The notes under the pieces are model-generated. The model was not told where the DNA came from and ran no database searches. It worked only from the letters and a program-made list of their open reading frames with translations. DNA of 64,000 nt. It comes from Bacteroidaceae bacterium (lineage in GTDB: Bacteria > Bacteroidota > Bacteroidia > Bacteroidales > Bacteroidaceae). The stretch covers positions 18,777 to 82,776 of the forward strand of contig JAZSKJ010000032.1 of NCBI GenBank assembly GCA_045534785.1, given 5' to 3'. Position numbers and translations under genes: made by a program. The number at the start of each line of letters is the position of its first letter. The first letter of the stretch is position 1. Below are positions 9,001-15,144 of the stretch, piece after piece.

Positions 9001-11182
9001 TGATAGGATAGTCAAATTTAATGTCGGTCAATGCGGCCGATGTCATGCTGCCCACATTACCGCCGCAGAAGAACGATCCTATGTGTGCATAACGCGCGTC
9101 GTTGGCTGCAACATATGTGTTGGGGTATCCGGCATCAAAACTGTATTTAGGCATACATGAAACAGCTGCGCCCTCCATGTAAGAATTGAATATGTCTGAG
9201 TTGGTAAGATCCAGGTTGCTTATTGTCCTGTAGGTTTCAAGTGTGCCGTTTGTACTCTTGTCAACCATATCAATACCGTTACTGCCCAGGAATACATTGT
9301 CAATGGTAATATATTCACCAAGAACAAGCTTGATGTCGTCTGTTACTGTGGCGCTGTTACCTCCTCCGTAAACGGTATTTACGACTACAGGATTGGCCTG
9401 AGTTCCAGCCACACGGATGTATGATTGGGCGGTGTGGGGTCTGAAAGCATTCAGGGCAGCCACACTGGCGGTGTTCTGCGTATTGTCAAAATCTCCGTAA
9501 TAGAAATCACCATAGGTGGGGTCATCAGCCTTTGAAGATTTATCGGTATAGACGTAAGAACCGTTACCGCCACCATATACATTACCGCCTATTGAACTGC
9601 GTATGTCAATGGCATTACCTCCCAGTACATTACCTGATATATCATTACCGCCATAGACATTGTTTATGGTTCCGGCCGAAATACGTATATGTGCTGAATA
9701 ACCTGCCGGGAATCCGTAGGTGGCTCCGGGAGTTGTTGCCACTCCGTTAATCTTAGGAGTTACATTGGCACGACGGCATCCTCCATAAACGTTGTTTACG
9801 GTAAGGTTGGCGCTGTTAAGGTCAAGCATAAGACCGTCCCTATATGTCATGTCGCCTGCATCTCCGCCGGAGTAGAGGGCGTTGATGCTGGCTCTTTCCA
9901 GATGCCATTTTGGGTGGATGTACATTTCGGCCTGCTTGTTACCTCCGAATACGCGGTCAAACTGGTAAACCGGAGTGGCAGTGTAGTCAGCCGATGAACC
10001 GGCTGTTTCATCAAAGGTATATGCAGTCTTATCTACATCAATGTTGATGCCTAAGCTGCGCAACTTATCCTGCTTGAATTCATATCGGTCTGATGTGTTG
10101 TTGTCCAGACAGATTACGGTCTCCTGGGTTACCGTAGCCTTGTTACCGCCACCGTACACGTAACCGTAATTACCGCCCTTGAGCTCCAGATATGCGTAGC
10201 TTACCTCAGGCTTGTTGGTTACGGTAAAAGGAGAAGCTGGTGTGTCCCAGCGGTTCTCGGTGCTGTTCAAGACTCTGTCGGTAAGAGCATCTACCGTGTA
10301 ACCTCCTGTTGCAGGAGTATATTCATAGTCTCCGTTTCCACCGCCGAATACCTGGGCTACATAAATCCTGTTGGTGGAATTGGCCGGTATGGCACTGGAA
10401 TGCACAAAAGCGTTCCACTTCTCATCTATACCATAAGACTGGGTTGCGGCTTGACTCAGAATGGAGGGTGGTTCCAAACCACTGATCCAACTCCAGCTGT
10501 TAGTGAATGTCGGAATGGTGATTTCACCAGCTATATCATTACCTCCATATACTGCACCGATAATAAGGTCATTCGTGGCATTCGCACCGTCAATATTAAC
10601 AAAACTGTAGCCGTAAACATTAGCCACACGTGCGCCTCCGTATACATCGCCCTGAATATCACCTCCCTGAAGGGTTACGTTTGTGGTACCCATAAGGTCG
10701 GCCTTGTTACCGCCGCCGTATACGTTCTGTACCAGAGTACCTCCCTTAATGTCAACATGACTGTGTCCGAATACATATGCGCTCTCACCGTCGCCTGCGC
10801 CAAACAGACCGCCGTGAATGGTTCCATTCCAATCAGTGTGGCCTACAGAACCTCCGTTTACGGTTATCTGCGTGTTGCCGAATGTACGTCCGTTCTCACC
10901 GCCGCCGAATACTGTACGGACCGAACCGGCGTTTATCTCAATATTTGTAGTTGTACCGGTCTGGAGGTTATCTTCTATCTCAACGCTTGTCTTTGTTTCC
11001 TCGGCATCATCGACATAATGTGTACCTACATGGCCCTGCTTACCTCCGCCGTAGACATCACCTTTAATGGTTATTGTCACATCAGCAAATAGGGGGGTAA
11101 CCTGCAGGGATATGAACAGCAATACCGCTCCAATCATTCTGAGCGGTCGGCCATTTGTATGTTTACGGGAGAATATATTCAT
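1..11182 (-). CDS. Giant secreted beta-helix-repeat / GLUG-motif adhesin-like protein. Only the first 3,727 codons are present; the 3' end lies beyond the left edge of the window.
   Basis: ATG at 11182-11180. Hand translation gives MNIFSRKHTNGRPLRMIGAVLLFISLQVTPLFADVTITIKGDVYGGG, a signal peptide with no lipobox Cys. I read the frame (codon first positions with p mod 3 = 1) by eye to position 2 without meeting a stop. I translated it exactly at 11041-11182, 8551-8569 (KVFGGGL), 6184-6205 (GNVFGGGD), 1921-2098 and 4-58. The only minus-strand track ORFs inside this span (2059-2307, 2407-2613, 4954-5139) are in another frame. The plus-strand track ORFs here are shadows. It is absent from the track because no stop lies in the window. 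Function is inferred from repeat type only. Confidence 0.8.
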   Translation of the reverse strand, partial: MNIFSRKHTNGRPLRMIGAVLLFISLQVTPLFADVTITIKGDVYGGGKQGHVGTHYVDDAEETKTSVEIEDNLQTGTTTNIEINAGSVRTVFGGGENGRTFGNTQITVNGGSVGHTDWNGTIHGGLFGAGDGESAYVFGHSHVDIKGGTLVQNVYGGGNKADLMGTTNVTLQGGDIQGDVYGGARVANVYGYSFVNIDGANATNDLIIGAVYGGNDIAGEITIPTFTNSWSWISGLEPPSILSQAATQSYGIDEKWNAFVHSSAIPANSTNRIYVAQVFGGGNGDYEYTPATGGYTVDALTDRVLNSTENRWDTPASPFTVTNKPEVSYAYLELKGGNYGYVYGGGNKATVTQETVICLDNNTSDRYEFKQDKLRSLGINIDVDKTAYTFDETAGSSADYTATPVYQFDRVFGGNKQAEMYIHPKWHLERASINALYSGGDAGDMTYRDGLMLDLNSANLTVNNVYGGCRRANVTPKINGVATTPGATYGFPAGYSAHIRISAGTINNVYGGNDISGNVLGGNAIDIRSSIGGNVYGGGNGSYVYTDKSSKADDPTYGDFYYGDFDNTQNTASVAALNAFRPHTAQSYIRVAGTQANPVVVNTVYGGGNSATVTDDIKLVLGEYITIDNVFLGSNGIDMVDKSTNGTLETYRTISNLDLTNSDIFNSYMEGAAVSCMPKYSFDAGYPNTYVAANDARYAHIGSFFCGGNVGSMTSAALTDIKFDYPIIITHKLVGGCNDAFVKATENLNARHEGGFTATPARADELKIHLTVNGVIFANPDNASSGNQGNIFGGCFNSGIINGNVLIDLQQDIIPSNSTISSDMDTYLADQVNLFNTPFSVFGGGFGPEATVIGNTTINITSDEVGTGRALKVFGGGLRGGVTKNTTINMTGGEIGKIYGGGFEGAVNGNTSVYLSGGKVYDSFGGACNANISGYAQTFLGTAADGTAGSPEIKNNVFGGNDFGGSILGSNNFYNKVSEITKVYNYDSSHPENTYVTQASAYVEYISGKIGNYIFGGSCGNYNYSADSYELHKLAADDSYHNNNPYPYLASAFVNFMPNSTSSTTIAKVFGAGQGYAGATEADVKQDMMQDRSYVYVNIPDGSKKFTSTEIFGAGAFSGLGMGVNPNLTENPDFTVESVSAVIDLVHGELSTVYGGSYEEGITRRTVVNVPTGSTLIADELFGGSYGIRNSAPCDVYESNVNFNSSNAVIHEAIYGGNNNKRRTLYTRVNIWSPVYSEDGNPRNYTATIYGAGKGAGTWSQYTEINLEDGASVSEVYGGGNAGRVLNKESVAAWNTYTPDASENAGENTTATVYKSLGDFYTDNGLDNALVHPHTITVDDEEQVIKTNTNVNIKKGAYAARYCYGAGLGATATVSGTTFIGLFGGTVSRDIYAAGSSGPVMDEYGTKNFVAKTYAYIESGSVRNVYGGGWRGSVGKHDITTSSIANDIDGESNVIIGKLNVNGIYGGDPAISRNAYGGGEGGTIYGVAKVTVNNGHVGFRYEDNDYVEELNDQDVNDLDKSGNVFGGGYVINSLVDQTVVKMYGGTVRGNLYGGGEVGPIGRGNVSNTPATGGTQFINGPAHISKAGHTHVEMYGGHVMRNVFGGGRGIDSWGGDGRKFMSDEEISSSDWGCKGYVFGQTEVFIRGGEIGTTDNVAQGYGNVFGGGDLGFVYSGSGKKGEVATGNGFNSESSTEGYYYEHNGTTFKVDGDKNENKLTDDSRVIVEPYALVKADGGITIDGTTYAKGEYVPTDELDKLRNKNYDEAQWAKVSIDGIIIRNAIFAGGNVSAGSDVVYANTNTVLGNATAVLRDVYNRDLITIGTEHIGGIYGDGNLTLVDGYRELNITNYGTDYFSQPDKIDIEQYEQMTDREKAYYELKYLCVQDCTDKNGNPYEAQIDELTAEDYDKLFTGTAEQYHNEHYWVKKGFVSIYAGRLLNTIQRADFCGIFGSRMVLQGARDRVPEIVDYTDYTINRVGEVSLNQVASIAGDNTKEDKVHGNYFGIYSVVNHMGALTSDVDYYNDARQFDNQDEETYKPEFNGQTYENWKTKYYKDKRRRNNGASANKVALASGVYLELTTEESTKDNKIWGPITGVVELDLINVMTGLGGGYVYAKNIHGSRITTGLEQTILSQYNLPRTVGSTQAHQKAVTNKAFEYGTPTSSSELQTSGNFIHPQKQIVDDCYPDMNSYLDGGSPAHYWYIKGSIYVYDQYISAYTGSANAYAESVNIPLTITAQSHGKIQLKDVQPNLYAFYSNSGQTENLRDGSKKTVSVNNVTYKLNDTISYWDWYLLSAPEQNIFVPETYTTIANATIDGTPYSKGYTMLPSEYQALKTASANKTVYNVDAKTNVTFDYIFRPSNNLSHNTGFILTYDMANPIVWDKYHTRMNGTGKVNLKDYNDLTAEQKALYHEGPTYTVKTGQSGVYGQRQYEEGDIIPGAIHDTYESITNKPNNNQAIVQRAYVVTSKIVQGDKQLNPGAAVYRTQFTDTEWSSISSNVAEAYLCTSTLDLGDDEYIYYGELITDSRYNELVSVPDANYGDYFDVAWYCTTAGNYGGDYFETGKNYRGIETWSSMSEADRAHFEFNYDAFDVLIDPNYTKGNTTLYDSKEGNQEILYSQTQSIDYTATYNGTENLTYTNKANQNVTISPNRVLTREEYETIPNEQYHYSPIKVDQAGTYYIIKKGFSKGGSFYIAGKTITEEFYNGLGEQKSNIDVVTFTAAQAGVQNNTYYYCRDSYEVNENGMGHAVTSVAGSSISVTKTSGQTVPVGFILNADGYNDLPNLQKGNFSVQGTAPIGTSTLYVTRESDIFNLSKGKVITVMYQYDYEESDESGQHIEPISEQHIVNIHINFKSGVPFIDELSAPSIVLPSTTVGLKIPSITPGAYEVLGSGWEMFTTPEDADQHKNGIPYTNNQTPMYWYQDGYLVAYYTKTYLGKTYSNAVPFKVANYHRMDKVMSSTHVETTLNPDTHEPESHTVNDYMYLDEAVKEGKRNPKIYIKDASELAQFNEFFNRIKSTASNSSVSNLSNGQRLDFILDGDINLTSGWTPVGDASDCFEGTLHGDGHTISGLDHSLFGSLCGSVYNLGVTGTFTGPGIADVGSGKAVNCWVLTDGTVSSSTYPIIGYSGENDEAKVINSYYYNDYNSATLANRDTHKKDLKAFMDGEVAYNLNLFYLNKRYYDNLYKDATEAPANTTPYTAWNKADINVANAEPTTAYYPNNPTNYVENYVEQRYYNPDFIYAKGSIPEDPDIRDKGTEPYSPIWPDDYIYFGQNLTYDIVNGGGEHDVHPAVIIKSSGLLTNGISDNRVFRTPAYYQSKEKSSVYFNRYAALKDTYDNIDIHKSMTAIDFTQNNDTEWSLGTNNNAFFTPITDFDGLSSYITDGLTQNMLVYFTDNMDQNNVLLNYYHKDADLIFGFDDGYKNVRPVEQRAIDDIKGHLVRLTDNGYVSVNNHFLVDRQDFNAPISYKIPTNSYIWYQRVPSTYVESMDAGWETVSLPFTAKYVTTHQKGEITHFYQGSKTGHEYWLRNLSSVSTTTENEVTTTTAMFSAPEKDTNGGKTVNNTFLWDYYYHWNSESADNAGPDVNDDEYQKNYYKIAREYSDYPLYAAGTPYLIGFPGKRFYEFDLSGEWTVSYTATEPNGVPAQLRKQYITFASADEGTTILVTDDEYAAAARNATDGYTYMPTYQTKTLAGATTYLLSQAGDKFQNDEANSTVTTVPFRTYITSAA
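1921..2098 (-). other. GLUG-like motif segment within the giant ORF
   Basis: Exact hand translation: QRLDFILDGDINLTSGWTPVGDASDCFEGTLHGDGHTISGLDHSLFGSLCGSVYNLGVTG. The F-x-G-T-L-x-G-x-G-H-T-I-S-G-L ... LFG ... N-L-G-V pattern matches my memory of GLUG-motif modules in IgA-protease-type and large bacterial surface proteins. Not HMM-verified. Confidence 0.45.
5330..11060 (-). repeat. Degenerate protein-level repeats with a [VILM][YF]G[GA]G turn motif (parallel beta-helix-like). About 1,900 aa of the giant ORF; boundaries approximate.
   Basis: I saw roughly 40 motif copies by eye (VYGGGK, VFGGGE, VYGGGN, IYGGGF, LYGGGE and similar), spaced about 20-60 aa apart. On the plus strand they appear as recurring gccgcc / accgcc / tccgcc followed by (a/g)ta or gaa. 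They produce the PPPY strings in shadow ORFs 6471-6668, 6702-6908 and 10818-11018. The last recognisable copy is about 5330-5360 (DFCGIFGS). Confidence 0.6.
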
Positions 11183-11199
11183 ATCGGATAGTCAGAGAT

Positions 11200-12357
11200 T
11201 TATTCAATGGGTAGTTTTGTGTCTAAGTCATCATCACTGAGCTGGTACAGATATGACGGCACTACATTGATCTTGACGGCATAACTGGTTCCAGCTCTGG
11301 GTCTTCCGCTGCCGGTAGGCAATATCTTGCCGTTTCTGGCTGTCTGGTCTTTTCTTACCAGACGGTCTTTGTAATTCTCATCGGTAAGAGGATCAGTGCC
11401 GGTATCACCTGTGTAAACGTTATAGGTTACCTCAAGTTCTACGGGCAGGTCTGTCTTGGGCAGATAGCAGAAACTGCCGGCTGTCTGATAGATATAGCTT
11501 TCCACTTCGTTACCATTCCAGGTTACAGTGTTTGATGCATTCAGAACAATGGAATCATTTGGTAAAGGCAGGCTCACCTCAAGATTCTTTGATGTGCAAT
11601 CACCCCAGTTAGGATTAGGGTTGGCACCGAAAGTCAGGCTCATGCTTGAGCTGCCTTGGCTTGAAACCATCTTGATTCCGGTTATCACTACGGTGCGCAG
11701 CTTGCTGTATTTCTCGTGCAGCGTGAAACTCAGGTCAACCTTTGAGTAGAGATGGTTCATGGCCAGCAGTACCTTATCATTCGGTATGTTGTTGGAGATC
11801 TGGCCCAGGTTGAAGGTTCCGGCTACAGGAGTGGGGTCATTGTAGACACCGTTCTGAGCCACAGATCTGGCTGCTGCAATTGATATGGTGGGGTCACCCA
11901 GGGTTACAATATCAATTGGGTTTACATTGAGTGTAAAACTGTTGCCAACTTTAGTAAATGTGCCTCTGGTACTGCTTATACCTCCGGGATGGAAGGCAAA
12001 CATATAGTAACTCTTGCCGCCTTCGGCCTCAACGCTTGAGTACCATTTGCCACCCGAACGGCGGAACTCACCTTCCTTAAGAGTTGTGCCTGATGTGTGT
12101 TCCTGAGCCCAGGCATAAATTAGCTCGCCATCCTGGGGAGTGTAAAGACTGTAACCATCAATAAGGGCTCTGGTGCTGATCTCCATGCCGGCCTGACGGA
12201 AAACGGGAAGAATCTTGAACGGGCCAACACTGGTCTCGTTGTAGAGATTATCCTTCTCAGTTTCAGTCTGGCATGAGACTAAGCATATAAACAGCAACAG
12301 CAGAGTGTTGACAACTCTGCTTATTGAGTGGTGTTTATTATAGCCCTTTTTTATCAT
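11200..12357 (-). CDS. Fimbrillin-like (type V pilin family) lipoprotein, divergent member immediately upstream of the giant gene
   Basis: 385-aa ORF. It has a signal peptide plus Cys (LFICLVSCQ), a candidate maturation site EISTRALI, and the family motif MNHLYSKVDLSF. Its C-terminus differs from the rest of the array (INVVPSYLYQLSDDDLDTKLPIE). The gap to the giant ORF start is 17 bp. Confidence 0.75.
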   Translation of the reverse strand: MIKKGYNKHHSISRVVNTLLLLFICLVSCQTETEKDNLYNETSVGPFKILPVFRQAGMEISTRALIDGYSLYTPQDGELIYAWAQEHTSGTTLKEGEFRRSGGKWYSSVEAEGGKSYYMFAFHPGGISSTRGTFTKVGNSFTLNVNPIDIVTLGDPTISIAAARSVAQNGVYNDPTPVAGTFNLGQISNNIPNDKVLLAMNHLYSKVDLSFTLHEKYSKLRTVVITGIKMVSSQGSSSMSLTFGANPNPNWGDCTSKNLEVSLPLPNDSIVLNASNTVTWNGNEVESYIYQTAGSFCYLPKTDLPVELEVTYNVYTGDTGTDPLTDENYKDRLVRKDQTARNGKILPTGSGRPRAGTSYAVKINVVPSYLYQLSDDDLDTKLPIE

Positions 12358-12395
12358 TTTATTTTTATTTCAAATTGTAAATATAAATAAAATAT

Positions 12396-13553
12396 TTACC
12401 AATTGTGCACATTGGTAGGAATTTCTCCACCATCAGCCCAATTTTTTACCTGTACGGACTCGAGTTCAATACCGCTGGAGGCAGTAAATTTGAGTGTAAT
12501 CAGGTAAGAATAGCCGGGAAGTGTCTGGCCTGGATATGTGGCTGTCACCTCATTCTGGTTATTCTTAACTTGGGTTGTAAGGGTAACTCCATGAGCTGTT
12601 CCTTGAAGTGGAGAATTCTCTATGGAATAGTCTGCCTGGAGGTCTAACCCGTTCCACAGATTACATGGAACTGTAAACCACGAGCATAATGTCTGGAAAT
12701 TCTCAGGCTCGGAATCGGGATCTTCATCAAACCATGTTTCTTCGGGCAGGATGACAGGATCTTCCATCAACTCCTTACTTAATCCTTTCTGGACAGGACT
12801 GCTGTACTGATTGGTTGTGTTGTTCTCACTGAAATTTCTGGTAACTACAGATTTACCGTCTGCCTTGAGTACAATAGGATTGTCTTCGTCAGGTGACTTG
12901 AACGTAAGTTGATTTACTGTTACCTTAGCTTTGGCACCAACATAGTACGCCCTAACCTGCACGCGCGACAAAATATGCTCGAACTGGAAGTTTACGGTAC
13001 CGCCGGCAAATACCAGGGTTGCATCGTCCTCTGTTGACTTGTATTTGCCGCTCCTGGCTGCTACCAGAAGGTCTGTGCCTGTGGATGTTGGCTGCCAGTA
13101 GGGAATGTTGTTGATTGTAAGAACTTTTCCGGTCTCGCTCACAAAGGGGGTTCCGTTATTGGGGTCTTCGTTGGGAAGATAGGGCCAATAGGCTGCAAAC
13201 TGATAGGTTGCATTGGGGTTGGAGTCCCAGTATCTGCGGGGTGTGTAAGACCAGGTGGTGCTCTCGGTGTTCTGGTCGGGGTATACCGGAATGTTGTTGA
13301 ACTGGCGGTACGGAGTCTTGTTGGGGATGGTCTTGTAACCGTATACTCCGAATCCGGTGCTGTTGGTTATACTCAGGCTTATAAGCGAGGCTTTATTGGT
13401 AACAAGAGCCTTGGTGCCTACCGATGTGGTACCAATCTGTATCTCGTCATACATATATGCCTTGTCTGTACGGCTGCAGGAGGATATGATTCCTCCTGTG
13501 AGCACGGCCAGCAATATGACGTGTAACTGTACTTTAAACCTAAGTCTTAGCAT
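12396..13553 (-). CDS. Fimbrillin-like (type V pilin family) lipoprotein
   Basis: 385-aa ORF. Lipobox GGIISSCS. Candidate maturation site uses Lys (TSVGTKALV). Family motif FEHILSRVQVRAYY. C-terminus ends IELESVQVKNWADGGEIPTNVHNW. Confidence 0.8.
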   Translation of the reverse strand: MLRLRFKVQLHVILLAVLTGGIISSCSRTDKAYMYDEIQIGTTSVGTKALVTNKASLISLSITNSTGFGVYGYKTIPNKTPYRQFNNIPVYPDQNTESTTWSYTPRRYWDSNPNATYQFAAYWPYLPNEDPNNGTPFVSETGKVLTINNIPYWQPTSTGTDLLVAARSGKYKSTEDDATLVFAGGTVNFQFEHILSRVQVRAYYVGAKAKVTVNQLTFKSPDEDNPIVLKADGKSVVTRNFSENNTTNQYSSPVQKGLSKELMEDPVILPEETWFDEDPDSEPENFQTLCSWFTVPCNLWNGLDLQADYSIENSPLQGTAHGVTLTTQVKNNQNEVTATYPGQTLPGYSYLITLKFTASSGIELESVQVKNWADGGEIPTNVHNW

Positions 13554-13576
13554 GTTTATAGTTGTAAGCTTATTTC

Positions 13577-15118
13577 TTATCTCAAAACATCGTAGTCAAT
13601 GGAGTATATCTCCTCCCATTCCGTTACTTTTGCGGTGAACTCAATGAATGCGTCCTCCTCTTCGCGGGCAGGTGAGATTACGCCTGTATCGGGGTCTTTC
13701 TCAAGCTGAACCCAACCGTCATCCTCGTCTATATCGCCGTCACCGTCAGTGTCTATGTGGATCAGGATAACATCCTTGCCGTCGGGGTTGTCGGGATTGC
13801 CGTCACTGGGATCCTTCTCGTTGTCTCCGCCGGGCTCCTGCTGGGTTTCATTATCACCGTCCACATTATCTATATGTCCGTCGCCGTCGCGGTCTATACC
13901 GCCTTCCAGCTTGCCGTCATTGTCAATATCCTCCCATACTACCGGATAGGTTACCCATGTATCAGGAATTCCGTCACCATCGGTGTCCTCCCAAACCTTT
14001 ATCTGGTCGGGCTCATCGGGGTTGTACTTCATTACGCCCTCGCTGGGGGTATCATCTGTCTTGGTTATGGTATCGCCGGTTACGGGGTCCACTATTATAC
14101 TTCCGTCACCATCGGCATCCCAAACGCGGGTTGAGCGGGTGGGGTTGAAAGCCAGGGTGTAGTTGTACTTGTAGTTAGGCTCCCATTTTGATATTATGCT
14201 GTTTTTTGATCCTGATGTTCCGGTTATGCCGGCCAGACGGATTCCTTTCTTGGTGAATGTCTGTGATGTGCCATCCTTGTAAGCTACGTGGAATATGGCA
14301 TCCAAGGTTACATCTACGGGCGATGATGCTGTGCTGAATAGTGACTGCGGTATCATCAGGTAGTCCTTGTAGATGGCTGTGGATGTGGTGCTGAGCAGCG
14401 TGTTGGTTACAGTGGGTATCTGCATCAGGCCTGACTGGTTGCTCCAGGCGCCTACTGCCATTTCCTGACTCCATCCGGTCTGCTGGTAGCTTCCGGTGTT
14501 CTTTACGTTGTTGAACTTGATGCTGGTAAGCGTTATGTTGTCCACACCGTCGGTGTTCATTCCACTGCCTATCTTGGCGTACACGTTAACATTACTCAGT
14601 ATGTGGTGGAAATACATCTGTACGGTGTTGAACGGTGATACGTTAAGCCTTTCACTGATCATCAGGTCTGTCTGCTGGTCAGGATCATTGGGCGTAGTAT
14701 ATGTACCTATGGTGATGTAACGGTTATCATCCTCACTCATGGTGTAGAGTGTCTTGGAGTAGGGGAATACTCCGTAGAACATATAGGTTGAGCCTATGTT
14801 CCAGAGCTTCTTGTTATCATAGGTCCAGACGCTGTCGGATGATACGTATCTTACATCCTGGTTGTTGAATATTACATCTATGGTACCGTCAGTGTTCTGG
14901 ATGCCCCATACGGCCATAGTGTCGCCCACTACGAATCCGCTGTTACCGCTGGTCTTGGCGGCACGGGTCATCTTGTTTACAATGTTTCCAAATTCAATGT
15001 AAGCATTCTCGTGGGTTGCATAAGGATCTATCTCATGCAGGATTCCGGACTGCTGGCATGACGACAGAAGTGCCACGCCTGCTATTATGCTCAGTTTAAT
15101 CTTGGTCATTGTGTTCAT
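13577..15118 (-). CDS. Fimbrillin-like lipoprotein with a C-proximal Asp-rich DxDxDG (thrombospondin type-3-like) calcium-binding-repeat insert
   Basis: 513-aa ORF. Lipobox ALLSSCQ, site VNKMTRAAK, motif FHHILSNVNVYAK. After the pilin body (...KWEPNYKYNYTLAFNP) comes about 155 aa of acidic repeats. The family-type terminal strand FIEFTAKVTEWEE follows. Confidence 0.85.
   Translation of the reverse strand: MNTMTKIKLSIIAGVALLSSCQQSGILHEIDPYATHENAYIEFGNIVNKMTRAAKTSGNSGFVVGDTMAVWGIQNTDGTIDVIFNNQDVRYVSSDSVWTYDNKKLWNIGSTYMFYGVFPYSKTLYTMSEDDNRYITIGTYTTPNDPDQQTDLMISERLNVSPFNTVQMYFHHILSNVNVYAKIGSGMNTDGVDNITLTSIKFNNVKNTGSYQQTGWSQEMAVGAWSNQSGLMQIPTVTNTLLSTTSTAIYKDYLMIPQSLFSTASSPVDVTLDAIFHVAYKDGTSQTFTKKGIRLAGITGTSGSKNSIISKWEPNYKYNYTLAFNPTRSTRVWDADGDGSIIVDPVTGDTITKTDDTPSEGVMKYNPDEPDQIKVWEDTDGDGIPDTWVTYPVVWEDIDNDGKLEGGIDRDGDGHIDNVDGDNETQQEPGGDNEKDPSDGNPDNPDGKDVILIHIDTDGDGDIDEDDGWVQLEKDPDTGVISPAREEEDAFIEFTAKVTEWEEIYSIDYDVLR
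13655..14125 (-). repeat. Asp-rich DxDxDG repeat insert (TSP3-like / EF-hand-like Ca-binding loops), residues about 332-488 of the 513-aa pilin-like protein
   Basis: Repeat copies seen: WDADGDGSIIVD, WEDTDGDGIPDTW, WEDIDNDGKLEGGIDRDGDGHIDNVDGDNE, IDTDGDGDIDEDDGW. The plus-strand shadow ORFs here (13749-13949, 13757-14134) come from the same low-complexity coding. Confidence 0.7.
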
Positions 15119-15144
15119 AGTTATATGTGGTTTCCGGGCAGTTA

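Noticed and set aside
286-11092. Numerous plus-strand track ORFs, e.g. 812-1837 (341 aa), 5423-6301 (292 aa), 10400-11092 (230 aa), and the PPPY-rich 6471-6668, 6702-6908 and 10818-11018.
   Set aside because: - Their composition is low-complexity and Cys/Ile/Val-rich, with no recognisable motifs.
- All lie antisense to one uninterrupted minus-strand frame that has a signal peptide and coherent repeats.
- The PPP strings are simply the complement of the GGG turns.
- I treat them as shadow ORFs.
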